DNA from: an uncultured Candidatus Binatia bacterium
Lineage (GTDB): Bacteria > Desulfobacterota > Binatia > Bin18
Assembly (NCBI GenBank): GCA_965200965.1
Contig: OZ241744.1
Location: forward strand, 256,001-320,000
Direction of reading: 5' to 3'
Length of the DNA stretch: 64,000 bases
Shown: positions 54,405 through 64,000 of the stretch, in pieces
Layout of the letters: every line of letters starts with the position of its first letter
Numbering within the stretch: the first letter of the stretch is position 1
Position numbers and translations under genes: made by a program
The notes under the pieces: model-generated
Told to the model about the DNA's origin: nothing
Database searches by the model: none
The model's input: the letters and a program-made list of their open reading frames with translations, nothing else

Positions 54405-55862
54405 TTACCTAGGCGTTTTCGATGCTGCCGGGCGGGGCTTTGGCCGTGAGCTAGGTCGGTCTCTTTTTTCCAGATCGGCCAAAAAACCGTCCCGCCAGGT
54501 CTGGGCGGTACGCTCATGTACCCGCGTACTCAGGGCGCGCCAGCGCTCACGCCGTTCGGCCAAATCCATGTTCAAGGCCCGGTTGAGGGCGGAGGCCGTC
54601 CCGTCAATATCATACGGATTGACAATCAGGGTTTCGATCAGGTCTTCGGCGGTGCCGCAGAATTGGGACAGGAGGAGTACACCGGGGCTGTCGGTCTGAG
54701 CCGCAATATACTCTTTGGCGACGAGGTTCATGCCGTCCCGCAGAGGCGTGACCAGACACACATCGGCCTCGCGGTAAAACGCGGCCAGTTCCTCTTGGGC
54801 GTAGGACCGGTACAAATACCGCACCGGAATCCAGTCGTCCTCAGAGTAGCGTCCGTTGATCTCGCCGACCAAGCGATCAACCTCGCGCTTCTGGGTGGTA
54901 TATTCCGGCACCCGGGTGCGTGACGGGGCTGAGATCTGGGTCATGGACACCTGGTCGCGCCACGACGGGTGGCGATCCAGCAGTCGGTCAAAGGCCAGCA
55001 GGCGCTCACAGATGCCCTTGGTGTAGTCGAGTCGGTCAACGCCGAGCAAGATGCGTCGGCCACGAACCATCTTGCGCAGTTTGGTGGCTTGGCGACTGGC
55101 CTCGGGACTCTTGGCCCACTCGGCAAAGGTGTCGGGGTCGGTACCAATCGCGTAAACCCCGAGCTGAACCCTGGCCGGGCCGTGGCGATAGAGCCGCCCG
55201 TCAAACCTGCCGCCCAGCTCCGACTCGAGGGCGTCGGCGCAGTTTTTCCGGTAGCGTTGGGTATGAAAGCCGACCAAGTCATACGCTTCCAGGTCTTCCA
55301 GCAGGGGGCGGGAATGGGGCGAGATGGTCAAGATATCGACCGGCGGAAACGGAATGTGCAGAAAGAACCCGAGGCGTCCTTCCCAGCCCAGCCGTCGCAG
55401 CTCCATGCCCAGGGGGATGAGGTGATAGTCGTGGACCCAGACTAGATCGTTCGGTTTGAGCAGCGGGGCGAGGTGGGCGGCAAAATAACGGTTAATGCGC
55501 CGATAGGTGCGGTACTCGCTGCTGACAATCCGCACCTGGGCCGGAAAGCTGTGAAACAGCGGCCACAGGGTCCGGTTGCAAAAACTGACATAAAAATCGT
55601 GGACTTCTTCCTCTGACAGATTCACGGTCAGGAGTTGGACGGGGCCGATCTGGCGCTTCTGGGGGGCGCTCTGTTCTCGGCGGCGGGTGGCTTTGCCGCT
55701 CCAGCCAAACCACATCCCGCCGGTTTCCAGCAGGGCCGGCCGCAGGGCGCTGACCAGACCGCTGGCCGGCTGGTTGCGGGCGTCGGTCGGCGTCTTGGGG
55801 GTTGTCAGGTCTGGCGTGCGGTTTGAGACCACGACCAAACGGCCGCTCATTCTTGTTGGCAT
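54405..55862 (-). CDS. otsA: Trehalose-6-phosphate synthase (GT20)
   Basis: RLVVVSNR, WFGWSG, WVHDYHL, GFFLHIPFP, GVDRLDYTKG and DGMNLVAKEY motifs. Confidence 0.95.
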   Translation of the reverse strand: MPTRMSGRLVVVSNRTPDLTTPKTPTDARNQPASGLVSALRPALLETGGMWFGWSGKATRRREQSAPQKRQIGPVQLLTVNLSEEEVHDFYVSFCNRTLWPLFHSFPAQVRIVSSEYRTYRRINRYFAAHLAPLLKPNDLVWVHDYHLIPLGMELRRLGWEGRLGFFLHIPFPPVDILTISPHSRPLLEDLEAYDLVGFHTQRYRKNCADALESELGGRFDGRLYRHGPARVQLGVYAIGTDPDTFAEWAKSPEASRQATKLRKMVRGRRILLGVDRLDYTKGICERLLAFDRLLDRHPSWRDQVSMTQISAPSRTRVPEYTTQKREVDRLVGEINGRYSEDDWIPVRYLYRSYAQEELAAFYREADVCLVTPLRDGMNLVAKEYIAAQTDSPGVLLLSQFCGTAEDLIETLIVNPYDIDGTASALNRALNMDLAERRERWRALSTRVHERTAQTWRDGFLADLEKRDRPSSRPKPRPAASKTPR

Positions 55863-55885
55863 GCTGATGCTTGCTCCCTAGCTGG

Positions 55886-57178
55886 TCACACATTCAGGCG
55901 GAAGTAACGAAAACCGCCGCCACCCCGCCAGTGGACCGCTTTTGACACCCCGCTCTGATCGGTTCCGTCAATAACCCGCCGGAGGCGGGGAAGAATGTGC
56001 GAGTGGCACTGCGGACCGTTGTCAATCAGCAGCCAGCGCCGGCCCATCTTCTGGGCTACCGCCCCGGTCGTGCCCGAACCGGCAAAGGCGTCCAGCACCC
56101 ACTCGTTCGGGCTGGTCGCCATCCCGATGATGCGCTTGAGCAGGGCTTCGGGTTTTTTGCCGTTCAGAAAATCGACGCCGCCCTCATCGCCTAGGCCGGT
56201 CGTTTTGATATCCGCCCAGAAGTCTCCCGGATGGACGGTCAGGTAATCATCGGCAAATAAGACCCGCATACGGGGCTGGTCAGCGGCCGGGTTGTAGTCG
56301 GCTTTGATGATGTAGAGTTTGCGCTGCGGCGTCTCTACCGTGAAGGCACCGCAGGGGCTGGGCAGCCCGGGGCGGCGGCGGTCGGCCAGACGCTTGGCCG
56401 TCGCGCTCGTGGCGCAGGTTCGAACGATCCGCCAGGCGTTCTGGTAGTGCCAGGCGTGCTGGCCGGTCCCGGTCGGCGCTTCCCGCCGGTAGACGCTCTC
56501 GGCCGGCTCAAAGCGAAACCGGGCGCAAATCGCGTCGGCGTGTCGGACCTCGGCCGGGCGGCGGTCCGGGTTGGCGATAATGGCCTTGAGGCACCGCACA
56601 TTGGTATAGCTCGTCTGACCGACCGCCAGGTTATACTCGTGGTCCCAGCCGCCCTTGCGCACCCGTTCGAGGTGCAGGCCACGAATACCCGACTTGCCGG
56701 CCAGGATGATATACTCCTTGAGTCTGGGCAGGCCACCGTATTTGAGGATGTTGGCCATTTTGACGCCGGTTGGTTCGGCCATTTTGACGCACACCACCTT
56801 GAGGTTGCGCTCCTCGAACAGTTCGGCCAGCAGCAGGTACAGGCGGACAAATTCATTGTCGTCAATCTGCACCGCCAGCAGCCCGTCGCCGCGCAACAGC
56901 GCGTGCAGCAGGCTGAGGCGCGGCCGCATAAAGTCCAGCCAGCGCGTGTGCCCTGGGGAGTCGTACAGGCTGCCGGCGGTAGTGTAGGGCGGGTCAATGT
57001 AGACGCATTTGACGGTCTGGCTGAACTCGGGCAGCAGCGCTTGCAGGACCGGTAGGTTATCGCCGAAGATCAGACGGTTGTGGTCCGATTCGTGGCGCAG
57101 GCTCTGCTGGGAAGAGAGGTAGGAGTAGCGGGGATCTTCCTGGAGGGTCGAGAGAGGGGGAGAAGGCGACGATGTCAT
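55886..57178 (-). CDS. Site-specific DNA N6-adenine/N4-cytosine methyltransferase, beta class (type III Mod-like)
   Basis: LIFGDNL, VYIDPPY (motif IV), KKPEALLKRII and VLDAFAGSGTT (motif I), and a Mod-like tail WRGGGGFRYFRL. Likely start is ATG 57178. Confidence 0.9.
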   Translation of the reverse strand: MTSSPSPPLSTLQEDPRYSYLSSQQSLRHESDHNRLIFGDNLPVLQALLPEFSQTVKCVYIDPPYTTAGSLYDSPGHTRWLDFMRPRLSLLHALLRGDGLLAVQIDDNEFVRLYLLLAELFEERNLKVVCVKMAEPTGVKMANILKYGGLPRLKEYIILAGKSGIRGLHLERVRKGGWDHEYNLAVGQTSYTNVRCLKAIIANPDRRPAEVRHADAICARFRFEPAESVYRREAPTGTGQHAWHYQNAWRIVRTCATSATAKRLADRRRPGLPSPCGAFTVETPQRKLYIIKADYNPAADQPRMRVLFADDYLTVHPGDFWADIKTTGLGDEGGVDFLNGKKPEALLKRIIGMATSPNEWVLDAFAGSGTTGAVAQKMGRRWLLIDNGPQCHSHILPRLRRVIDGTDQSGVSKAVHWRGGGGFRYFRLNV

Positions 57179-57338
57179 GCGTGCCTCAGTTGTGTCAATT
57201 GACTGGCTGAGATGACTATAGCCGAGCTGACCACAAAACCCAAGGCGATGACAAGCGGACGGTCTGCCACACATTGACAGTCAAGGCACCAAGCGATAGG
57301 CGTGGGGTGCAACAGCACCCACACAAGGAGCAGGCCGC

Positions 57339-58121
57339 ATGGACAAGCTGCGTGTCATCTCGGCTGACTCACATATGACCGAGCCGCCTGACCTGTGGAC
57401 CGTTCGGCTGGACAGGCGGTTTCAGGAGCAGGCCCCGCGAGGTGTTCGCCGTCCGGACAAGCCCGGTCATTTTTCCACCGCGCCCGGTATCACCCCGTTT
57501 CCGGTGGCCGGCGGGTTTTCAACCGGGCGGGGCGGCGAAGCGCTCAAAGCGCATCTGAACAGTGGCTACGAAGTGGCCCGCCCAAGCGGCTGGGACCCGG
57601 TCGAGCGGCTTACGGATCAGGACATCAACGGGGTCGAGGCCGAGGTGCTCTATACCATCCCGGGTTTAGCTCTGTTCCAGCTCAGCGATGTGGCGCTCCA
57701 GCAGGCGTGCTTTCGGGTCTGCAACGACTGGGTGGCCGGGTTTCGCTCCCACAGTCCAAAATGCCTCCATCCGGTTGCCCTGATCCCGCTTGAGGAGATT
57801 CCGGCCGCAGTTGCCGAACTGCACCGCGTCGCCAAGCCGGGCCTCAAGGGCGGGATGATCCAGGGCCGCTCCGCGAAGCCCAGCGACTATGCCCGCCGCC
57901 AGGTCTGGGCCACCTTTCAGGACGACCCGGTCGGTCCGGCCAACTATCGCTTCTTTGGCGCGGAGAACTGTATGTGGACCTCGGATTTTCCGCATACCGA
58001 CACCACTTGGCCCAACTCACGCCGGGTCATTGCCCGGGACTTTGTCGGCGTACCGGCCCGCATCACCCGCAAGATCGTGTCTGAGAATGCGGCCCGCCTG
58101 TGCCGGATTGAGTTGGAGTAG
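57339..58121 (+). pseudogene. Amidohydrolase_2 family protein with apparent in-frame central deletion
   Basis: ISADSH N-terminal motif and MWTSDFPH C-terminal motif are present, but it is only 260 aa. GLKGGMI runs almost directly into KPSDYARRQ, without the central segment present in the paralogue at 63153. Confidence 0.6.
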
Positions 58122-58147
58122 TCCGGGCCATGCCCGTCCGGCGACAG

Positions 58148-59110
58148 TCAGACTGCGGCCTGCTCGGGCTTGGCGTCACGGACCTCTGCCGGTACGGGTT
58201 TGATGTCCCATACCAGGCCGACCCACGACAGCATGACAATGATGTAATAGGTGAGATCAATTTCCCACCAATAGAAGCCCTGCCGGGCAGTGTTGGGATA
58301 GTGGTGGTGGTTGTTATGCCAGCCTTCGCCAAAGGTCAGCAGCGCCAGAAGAAGATTGTTGCGGCTGGCGTCGGGCGTCTTATAGCGGCGCGTGCCGACA
58401 ACATGGGCCACCGAGTTGATCGTGTAGGTGATGTGGTAGAGAACGACGGTCGAGACAAAGAACCAGACCAGCATTTGCAGGCCGCTGGTGCCCAACTCGG
58501 CGGGCAGGAAGACCCCCAGGAAAAACACGGCCGTGCCGGCCAGAAAAGAGACCAGCAGGTCAAAGCGGTCCAGAAAGCGCAGTTCCGGGAACTTGGCAAA
58601 ATCTGGAATGAGCCTGAACTTGGTGGGAAAGTTGACCGGGGCCGTAAACCAGCCCATATGACTCCACAGGAAGCCGTGCTGGACGGGCGAGTGGGCGTCT
58701 TCCGGCTGGTCGGAATGGGCGTGGTGGTGGCGGTGGTGGGCGGCCCACCACAGGGGGCCGCGCTGGATGGCCGAGGTACCAATCACCCCGAGCAGAAACT
58801 GAAACCAGCGTGAGGTCTTAAACGTCCGATGCGAAAAATAGCGGTGATAAAAGCCGGTAATGGCAAATGTCCGCAAGACATACAGGAAGCCGGCCACCGC
58901 CACCGCCGGCCAACTCCAGCCCACCCAGATCACCCCTACGCACATCAGGTGGATGGCGATATACGGGGAAATGCGAAACCAGTCGGGGCGTTGCTCGCCT
59001 TCCTCTGATGATGAAACGAGCGTTTTCGACCGGGCCTCAGCGTCAATGTAGTGTAGAAATGTGTCAACAAACGGAATGCGGATCACTGTGCTCTTCTCCC
59101 TCAGCCTCAC
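58148..59110 (-). CDS. Acyl-CoA (delta-9-like) fatty acid desaturase
   Basis: Three His boxes (HRYFSH, HHRHHH, GEGWHNNHH) and TM helices. Confidence 0.93.
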   Translation of the reverse strand: MRLREKSTVIRIPFVDTFLHYIDAEARSKTLVSSSEEGEQRPDWFRISPYIAIHLMCVGVIWVGWSWPAVAVAGFLYVLRTFAITGFYHRYFSHRTFKTSRWFQFLLGVIGTSAIQRGPLWWAAHHRHHHAHSDQPEDAHSPVQHGFLWSHMGWFTAPVNFPTKFRLIPDFAKFPELRFLDRFDLLVSFLAGTAVFFLGVFLPAELGTSGLQMLVWFFVSTVVLYHITYTINSVAHVVGTRRYKTPDASRNNLLLALLTFGEGWHNNHHHYPNTARQGFYWWEIDLTYYIIVMLSWVGLVWDIKPVPAEVRDAKPEQAAV

Positions 59111-59305
59111 CCTGGGCGTGCCTGTTGTGTAGCAGACCTCTGCGGACCGTGTAAGCGGGCCGGTTGCCGGGTCGGTCCCTATCTACCAGCCAGGCAAAGG
59201 AAGTCAATCACACCCGGAAAAAATGTCGGTCCTCCTGGAAATCAAGTGGCCGGTTTCCTCCCTCAGTACTGGAAGTGTATGAGGACAACTTGAGCAGGAG
59301 CGGAT

Positions 59306-60490
59306 ATGTCTCGTGGTCTTATGATCGCTGGCTTGGCACTGCTGGGTGGCGTGCTGGGCGGCATGTATGTCCTCAGTACGCCACGCCAGCCGGAGACGGT
59401 CCGGGCCAGCCTGTCGGTGGGCCAGGCGCTGGGGGGTGATACGGCCGGTTTTGCCCGGGCCACCACGCCGCGCGCACTGTCGTTCCCGCACGATCACGGA
59501 CCGCATCCCGCGTATCGAACCGAGTGGTGGTATTACACCGGCAATCTTCAGACCGCCGGCGGTCGTCATTTTGGTTTCCAGTTGACCTTTTTTCGGTCGG
59601 CCTTAGCCGCCGAGGTGGCAGTTCGTGAGTCTGCCTGGGCAACGGCCCAGGTCTATATGGCCCATCTGGCGCTGACCGATGTGGATATGGGGCGCTTTTA
59701 CGCCTGTGAGCGCTTCAGCCGCGCCGCCCTCGGACTCGCCGGGGCGCGGGCCCAGCCGTTTCAGGTGTGGGTCGAAGACTGGTCGGCCCAGGCCCAGGAC
59801 CCGGACGGTCTGCCGGTGCGCTTGCAGGCCGGGCAGGGTGAGATTCGCCTTGATCTGCAACTCCACAGCGCCAAACCGCTTGTCCTGCACGGCGACCGGG
59901 GGCTGAGTCAGAAGGGGCCAGGGGTGGGGAACGCGTCGTACTACTACTCGCTGACCCGGATGCCGACCCGGGGAACGATTCGTATTGCTGATGAGACGTT
60001 TCAGGTCAGCGGAGCGAGCTGGATGGACCGCGAGTGGAGTACCAGCGTGTTGGGAAAAGACTATCGTGGCTGGGACTGGTTTGGGCTTCAGCTGTCTGAC
60101 GACAGCGAGCTGATGTTTTTTCGGCTCCGGCGGGCCGATGGCCAGCCCGACGGGTTCAGCAGCGGAACCCTGGTCCGGCCCAATGGCGAGACCCTGCGCC
60201 TCGGCCAAGCCGATATCCGGGTTGAGGTGGACGACTACTGGCGCAGCCCGCGTGACGGCACCCGCTATCCGGCCGGCTGGCGGTTCCAGATTCCCGCCGA
60301 GCGGCTGAGCTTTGAGCTGCGACCGTATGTGGCGGACCAGGAACTGCCGCTGTCCATCCGCTATTGGGAGGGGGCGGTGGCACTCCGGGGCCAAGTCGCC
60401 GGCCGACCGCTGGCCGGCCACGGCTATGTTGAACTGACCGGCTATCACAGCCCCTCCCCCGGGGTCTCGGGCCTGGTCCGCTCCCCGTAA
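59306..60490 (+). CDS. Lipocalin-like / CrtC (AttH-like) secreted hydrolase-fold protein
   Basis: FPHDHGPHPAYRTEWWYYTGNL, SYYYS, WMDREWS, GWDWF, YWEG and GYVELTGY motifs. Confidence 0.88.
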   Translation: MSRGLMIAGLALLGGVLGGMYVLSTPRQPETVRASLSVGQALGGDTAGFARATTPRALSFPHDHGPHPAYRTEWWYYTGNLQTAGGRHFGFQLTFFRSALAAEVAVRESAWATAQVYMAHLALTDVDMGRFYACERFSRAALGLAGARAQPFQVWVEDWSAQAQDPDGLPVRLQAGQGEIRLDLQLHSAKPLVLHGDRGLSQKGPGVGNASYYYSLTRMPTRGTIRIADETFQVSGASWMDREWSTSVLGKDYRGWDWFGLQLSDDSELMFFRLRRADGQPDGFSSGTLVRPNGETLRLGQADIRVEVDDYWRSPRDGTRYPAGWRFQIPAERLSFELRPYVADQELPLSIRYWEGAVALRGQVAGRPLAGHGYVELTGYHSPSPGVSGLVRSP

Positions 60491-60498
60491 GCGACGCC

Positions 60499-61872
60499 AT
60501 GCCAACCTTTACCCACCGTTCGCGTATCCCAGCCCCGGCCGAAGCGGTTTTTCGCTGGCACGCCCGGCCCGGGGCTTTTGAGCGCTTGGTGCCCCCCTGG
60601 CAGCCGGTCGAACTTGTGGAGCGGAGCGGGGGCATTGAAAACGGTGCCCGGGTCGTCCTGCGCCTGCGGCTCGGTCCCTTTTCCCGGACCTGGGTCGCCG
60701 AACATCTGGACTATGAAGCTGACCGACAGTTCCGTGACCGCCAAGTGCGCGGACCGTTTGCCCGCTGGGAGCACACCCATCGGGTCGAACCGGACGGAGA
60801 CGCGGCCTGCTATCTTGAGGACCGGATCGACTACGCTCTGCCCTTTGGGCCGCTTGGCGCGGTGTGCGGCGGGGCGCTCACCCGGCGTAGCCTTGACCGG
60901 CTGTTCACCTATCGGCATACCATGACCCGGCAGGATATGCTTGCCCATACCGCTACACAAGGAGGAGTGCCGATGCACATTGCCGTGACCGGAGCCAGTG
61001 GACTGCTCGGCTCAGCACTGCTGTCTTTTCTGAGCGGCGGAGGACACCGCCTGACACGGCTCGTCCGCCCGGGGGCTACCGCAGGGGCCGCGGCTATTGA
61101 GTGGGACCCCCAGACCGGGCGCTTGGAAGCGGGTGCCCTTGAGGGCCTTGATGGGGTGGTGCATCTGGCCGGGGAGAATATCGCCGCTAAGCGCTGGACT
61201 GCCGGACAGAAAGCCCGCATCCGGGACAGCCGGGTTGCCCCGACCCGGCTGCTGAGCGAGACCCTGGCCAAGCTCTCGAGGCCGCCCAAGGTCTTGGTGT
61301 GCGCCTCGGCCATTGGATTGTACGGCGACCGCGGGGCCGAGCTGATGGCAGAGGACAGTCCGGCCGGCAGCGGATTTCTGGCCGAGGTGTGTGAGGCGTG
61401 GGAGGCGGCCAGCCAAGCGGCCCGGGACGCCGGCATCCGCACCGTGCTGCTGCGCATCGGCGTTGTACTCAGCCCGGCCGGTGGCGCACTGGCCAGGATG
61501 CTACTGCCGTTCAGGCTGGGAGCCGGCGGCGTGATTGGCACTGGAGAGCAGTACTGGAGCTGGATCGGCCTCGACGATGTCGTGGGCGCGATCCATCATG
61601 CGCTGCTGACCGCAACGCTGGAGGGGCCGGTCAATGCCGTGGCTCCACAGCCCGTCACCAACCGGGAGTTTACGAAAACCTTGGGCCGGGTCCTGAGCCG
61701 GCCGACGCTGCTTCCCCTGCCGGGATTTGCCGCCCGGCTGGCCCTTGGCGAGATGGCCGACGATCTGCTGCTGTCCAGCACCCGGGTTGAACCCGCCCGG
61801 CTGCTGGCCAGCGGTTACAGCTTTCGTCATCCAGAGCTGGAGGGCGCACTGCGCCACTGTCTGGGCAAGTGA
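60499..61872 (+). CDS. TIGR01777 family NAD-dependent epimerase/oxidoreductase with N-terminal SRPBCC domain
   Basis: N-terminal VFRWHARPGAFERLVPPW...FRDRQVRGPFARWEHTH, then VTGASGLLG, VHLAGENI, ASAIGLYG and GFLAEVCEAWE. Confidence 0.92.
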   Translation: MPTFTHRSRIPAPAEAVFRWHARPGAFERLVPPWQPVELVERSGGIENGARVVLRLRLGPFSRTWVAEHLDYEADRQFRDRQVRGPFARWEHTHRVEPDGDAACYLEDRIDYALPFGPLGAVCGGALTRRSLDRLFTYRHTMTRQDMLAHTATQGGVPMHIAVTGASGLLGSALLSFLSGGGHRLTRLVRPGATAGAAAIEWDPQTGRLEAGALEGLDGVVHLAGENIAAKRWTAGQKARIRDSRVAPTRLLSETLAKLSRPPKVLVCASAIGLYGDRGAELMAEDSPAGSGFLAEVCEAWEAASQAARDAGIRTVLLRIGVVLSPAGGALARMLLPFRLGAGGVIGTGEQYWSWIGLDDVVGAIHHALLTATLEGPVNAVAPQPVTNREFTKTLGRVLSRPTLLPLPGFAARLALGEMADDLLLSSTRVEPARLLASGYSFRHPELEGALRHCLGK

Positions 61873-63117
61873 CTAAGGATAGATGCCGCGCTGGGTCATG
61901 GCTGCGGCTACCCGCTCAATAGCCAGCACCTGGGACGCGGTGCGGCTGTCGATCCGTTTTTCACGCGCCAGGCGGGAGACCTGCTGAAAGCCGCGGACCA
62001 TGATCTGACGCAGGCGCTCATTGATCTCGTCTTCGGTCCAGAAGAAGGATTGCAGACCCTGGACCCACTCAAAGTAGGACACGCTTACCCCGCCGGCGTT
62101 GCACAGCACATCGGGGATAATAGACACCCCCCTGCTGATCAGCATCTCGTCGGCCTCCGGGGTAAGCGGGCCGTTGGCCCCTTCGGCCACGATCTGGGCC
62201 CGAACAGCCCCGGCGTTGGCCGCGGTAATCTGGTTTTCCAAGGCACATGGCATCAACACCTCGCACTCCAACTGGAGCAACTCGGCGTTGCTGATCGGCT
62301 CGGCCTGGGGGTAGCCGCTGACCGTCCCGTGCTGACGCGCATAGCGCAACAGCTCGCGGCAGGCTAGCCCGCTCGGATTATACACGCCGCCGCCGCCGTC
62401 GCTGACAGCAATAATCCTGGCCCCGCGTTCCTGGGTCAGATAGGCCGCCGGTGCCCCGACCTTTCCAAAGCCCTGGACCGCGACCCGCGCGCCCTCAATG
62501 GGGATTTTTCGGCGCTTGAGGGCTTCGAGGGTGGTAATCATGACGCCCCGTCCGGTGGCCTCGCGCCGGCCCAGCGAGCCGCCGATGACCAGGGGTTTGC
62601 CGGTCACGACGGCCGGCACGGAATAGCCGTGGTGCATGGAATAGGTGTCCATGATCCAGGCCATCTCGCGCTCGCCGGTGCCGACATCCGGGGCCGGGAT
62701 ATCGCCCTGGGGGTTCATCAGCACGCTGATTTCGGTCGCATAGCGGCGGGTGAGGTTTTCGAGCTCCCGGACCGACAGGTCCTGCGGATCACACACCACC
62801 CCGCCCTTGGCCCCGCCGTAGGGAATGCCCAGCACCGCGCATTTCCAGGTCATCCACATGGCCAGGGCGCGGATCTCGTCCAGGCTGACGGCGGGATGGT
62901 AGCGCAGCCCGCCTTTGGTCGGTCCCAGGGCGATATTGTGGTGGACCCGGTAGCCGGTAAACGCCCGCACCGACCCGTCGTCCATCTCGACCGGGAAGTT
63001 GACCGTCAGCTCGCGTTTGGGCAGGCGCAGATGGGCGACAATGCCGGGGTTGATGTCCACATACTGGAGGGCTTTGTCAAACTGTTGAAGCGCGGCTGCA
63101 TACAGATTCCCGGTCAT
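61873..63117 (-). CDS. gdhA: Glu/Leu/Phe/Val dehydrogenase (glutamate dehydrogenase)
   Basis: GPTKGGLRYHP, MTWKCA, GGAKGG, DIPAPDVGT, QGFGKVG, EGANGP and NAGGVSVSYFEW motifs. Likely start is ATG 63117. Confidence 0.92.
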   Translation of the reverse strand: MTGNLYAAALQQFDKALQYVDINPGIVAHLRLPKRELTVNFPVEMDDGSVRAFTGYRVHHNIALGPTKGGLRYHPAVSLDEIRALAMWMTWKCAVLGIPYGGAKGGVVCDPQDLSVRELENLTRRYATEISVLMNPQGDIPAPDVGTGEREMAWIMDTYSMHHGYSVPAVVTGKPLVIGGSLGRREATGRGVMITTLEALKRRKIPIEGARVAVQGFGKVGAPAAYLTQERGARIIAVSDGGGGVYNPSGLACRELLRYARQHGTVSGYPQAEPISNAELLQLECEVLMPCALENQITAANAGAVRAQIVAEGANGPLTPEADEMLISRGVSIIPDVLCNAGGVSVSYFEWVQGLQSFFWTEDEINERLRQIMVRGFQQVSRLAREKRIDSRTASQVLAIERVAAAMTQRGIYP

Positions 63118-63152
63118 GCTTCCCCCACGAACCTGCACGATCCTGGACCGTC

Positions 63153-64000
63153 TCAGTTCAGGCCGTAGCAGTCCAGGACATTTTTCCCCAGCAGTCCGGG
63201 CCGGGCCGACTCCGGCAGCAGGGAGACGAGTTCAATCAGGTTGGGAATGTACTCGGGCGGATGGTCGGAGTGGGGAAAGTCGCTGGCCCAGAAAAACCGG
63301 TCTTCGCCCACAAAGGGAATCACCCCGGCGACCGAGCGCTCGTCGGGGTCGCCTGAAATCCAGCACTGCCGCCGAAAATACTCGCTGGGCTTGTTTTTCA
63401 GCGGCACGCTTTTGCCCAGCGGCGACTCGTAAGCGGCGTCCATGCGCTCAATCCAGTAGCCGGCCCAGCCGGCCCCGACCTCCAGGACAATGACCCTGAG
63501 GGCCGGAAACAGGTCAAACACGCCGTACTGGAAGAGGGTAGTGAAGCCCTCACGGATGACGTTGCCGAGGGCAACGTTCTGAAAAAAGGCGGTGTCTTTG
63601 CCGGTCATTTTGCCGAAGCGGGTCGGGGCGGCCCAGTGTGGCTCAAACGACGGATGAATGCCGAACGGCAGGCCAAGTTCCTCGGCCGCGGCAAAGATAC
63701 GGTGATGGTCGGGGTGACCGTGGGCCTTGCGACTCCAAATGAATGGCGGGGCGAAAAAGCCCTTGACGCCGTCTTTGGCCGCCCGGCGGAGTTCGGCCTC
63801 GGCCAGCTCGGGCAGCCCAAACGGTATATGGGCAATCGGAATCAGCCGCCCGCCTGAATCCGAACAGAAGTCCACGATCCAGCGGTTGTAGGCCCGGGCA
63901 TAGGCCATTGACAACTCCAGGTCGTCGCACTCCGGCTCCCACAGCAGCCCCAGGGTCGGATAGAGAAAAGCGCGCTCAATGTTCTCAATATCGAGACGCC
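63153..64000 (-). CDS. Amidohydrolase_2 family protein, 5' end beyond the window
   Basis: Frame is open to the window edge (...IENIERAFLYPTLGL...ARAYNRWIVDFC). GVFDLFPALRVIVLEVGAGW and FWASDFPHSDH motifs. Confidence 0.88.
   Translation of the reverse strand, partial: RLDIENIERAFLYPTLGLLWEPECDDLELSMAYARAYNRWIVDFCSDSGGRLIPIAHIPFGLPELAEAELRRAAKDGVKGFFAPPFIWSRKAHGHPDHHRIFAAAEELGLPFGIHPSFEPHWAAPTRFGKMTGKDTAFFQNVALGNVIREGFTTLFQYGVFDLFPALRVIVLEVGAGWAGYWIERMDAAYESPLGKSVPLKNKPSEYFRRQCWISGDPDERSVAGVIPFVGEDRFFWASDFPHSDHPPEYIPNLIELVSLLPESARPGLLGKNVLDCYGLN

Overview
GC-rich diderm bacterial chromosome segment; TamAB and two amidohydrolases are present, and a deltaproteobacteria/Binatia-like host is only a guess. 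The main feature is a ~33.9 kb head-to-tail array (15736-49618, minus strand) of 13 paralogous GT-C (ArnT/PMT-like) membrane glycosyltransferase genes with overlapping stop/start codons. Their transmembrane cores are nearly identical, while several predicted periplasmic loops are hypervariable. Each copy carries 2-4 repeats of a ~130-aa two-cysteine C-terminal domain and a G-rich tract (G9 run in 12 copies, a frameshifting G13 in copy 6), and segments are shared mosaically between copies. Left of the array lie tamA-tamB, a lower-GC two-gene insert (a ~1820-aa STAND-like ATPase split by a frameshift, plus a partner with a HEPN-like RNxxAH motif, a candidate defence system), a DegT aminotransferase and a partial hypothetical gene. 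Right of the array lie pheS-pheT-trpS, otsA, an orphan Mod-like DNA methyltransferase, an internally deleted amidohydrolase, a fatty-acid desaturase, a lipocalin/CrtC-like protein, an SRPBCC-TIGR01777 fusion, a Glu/Leu/Phe/Val dehydrogenase and a partial amidohydrolase. No rRNA, tRNA, CRISPR array, transposase or reverse transcriptase was recognised. All calls come from reading the sequence; no database searches were run.
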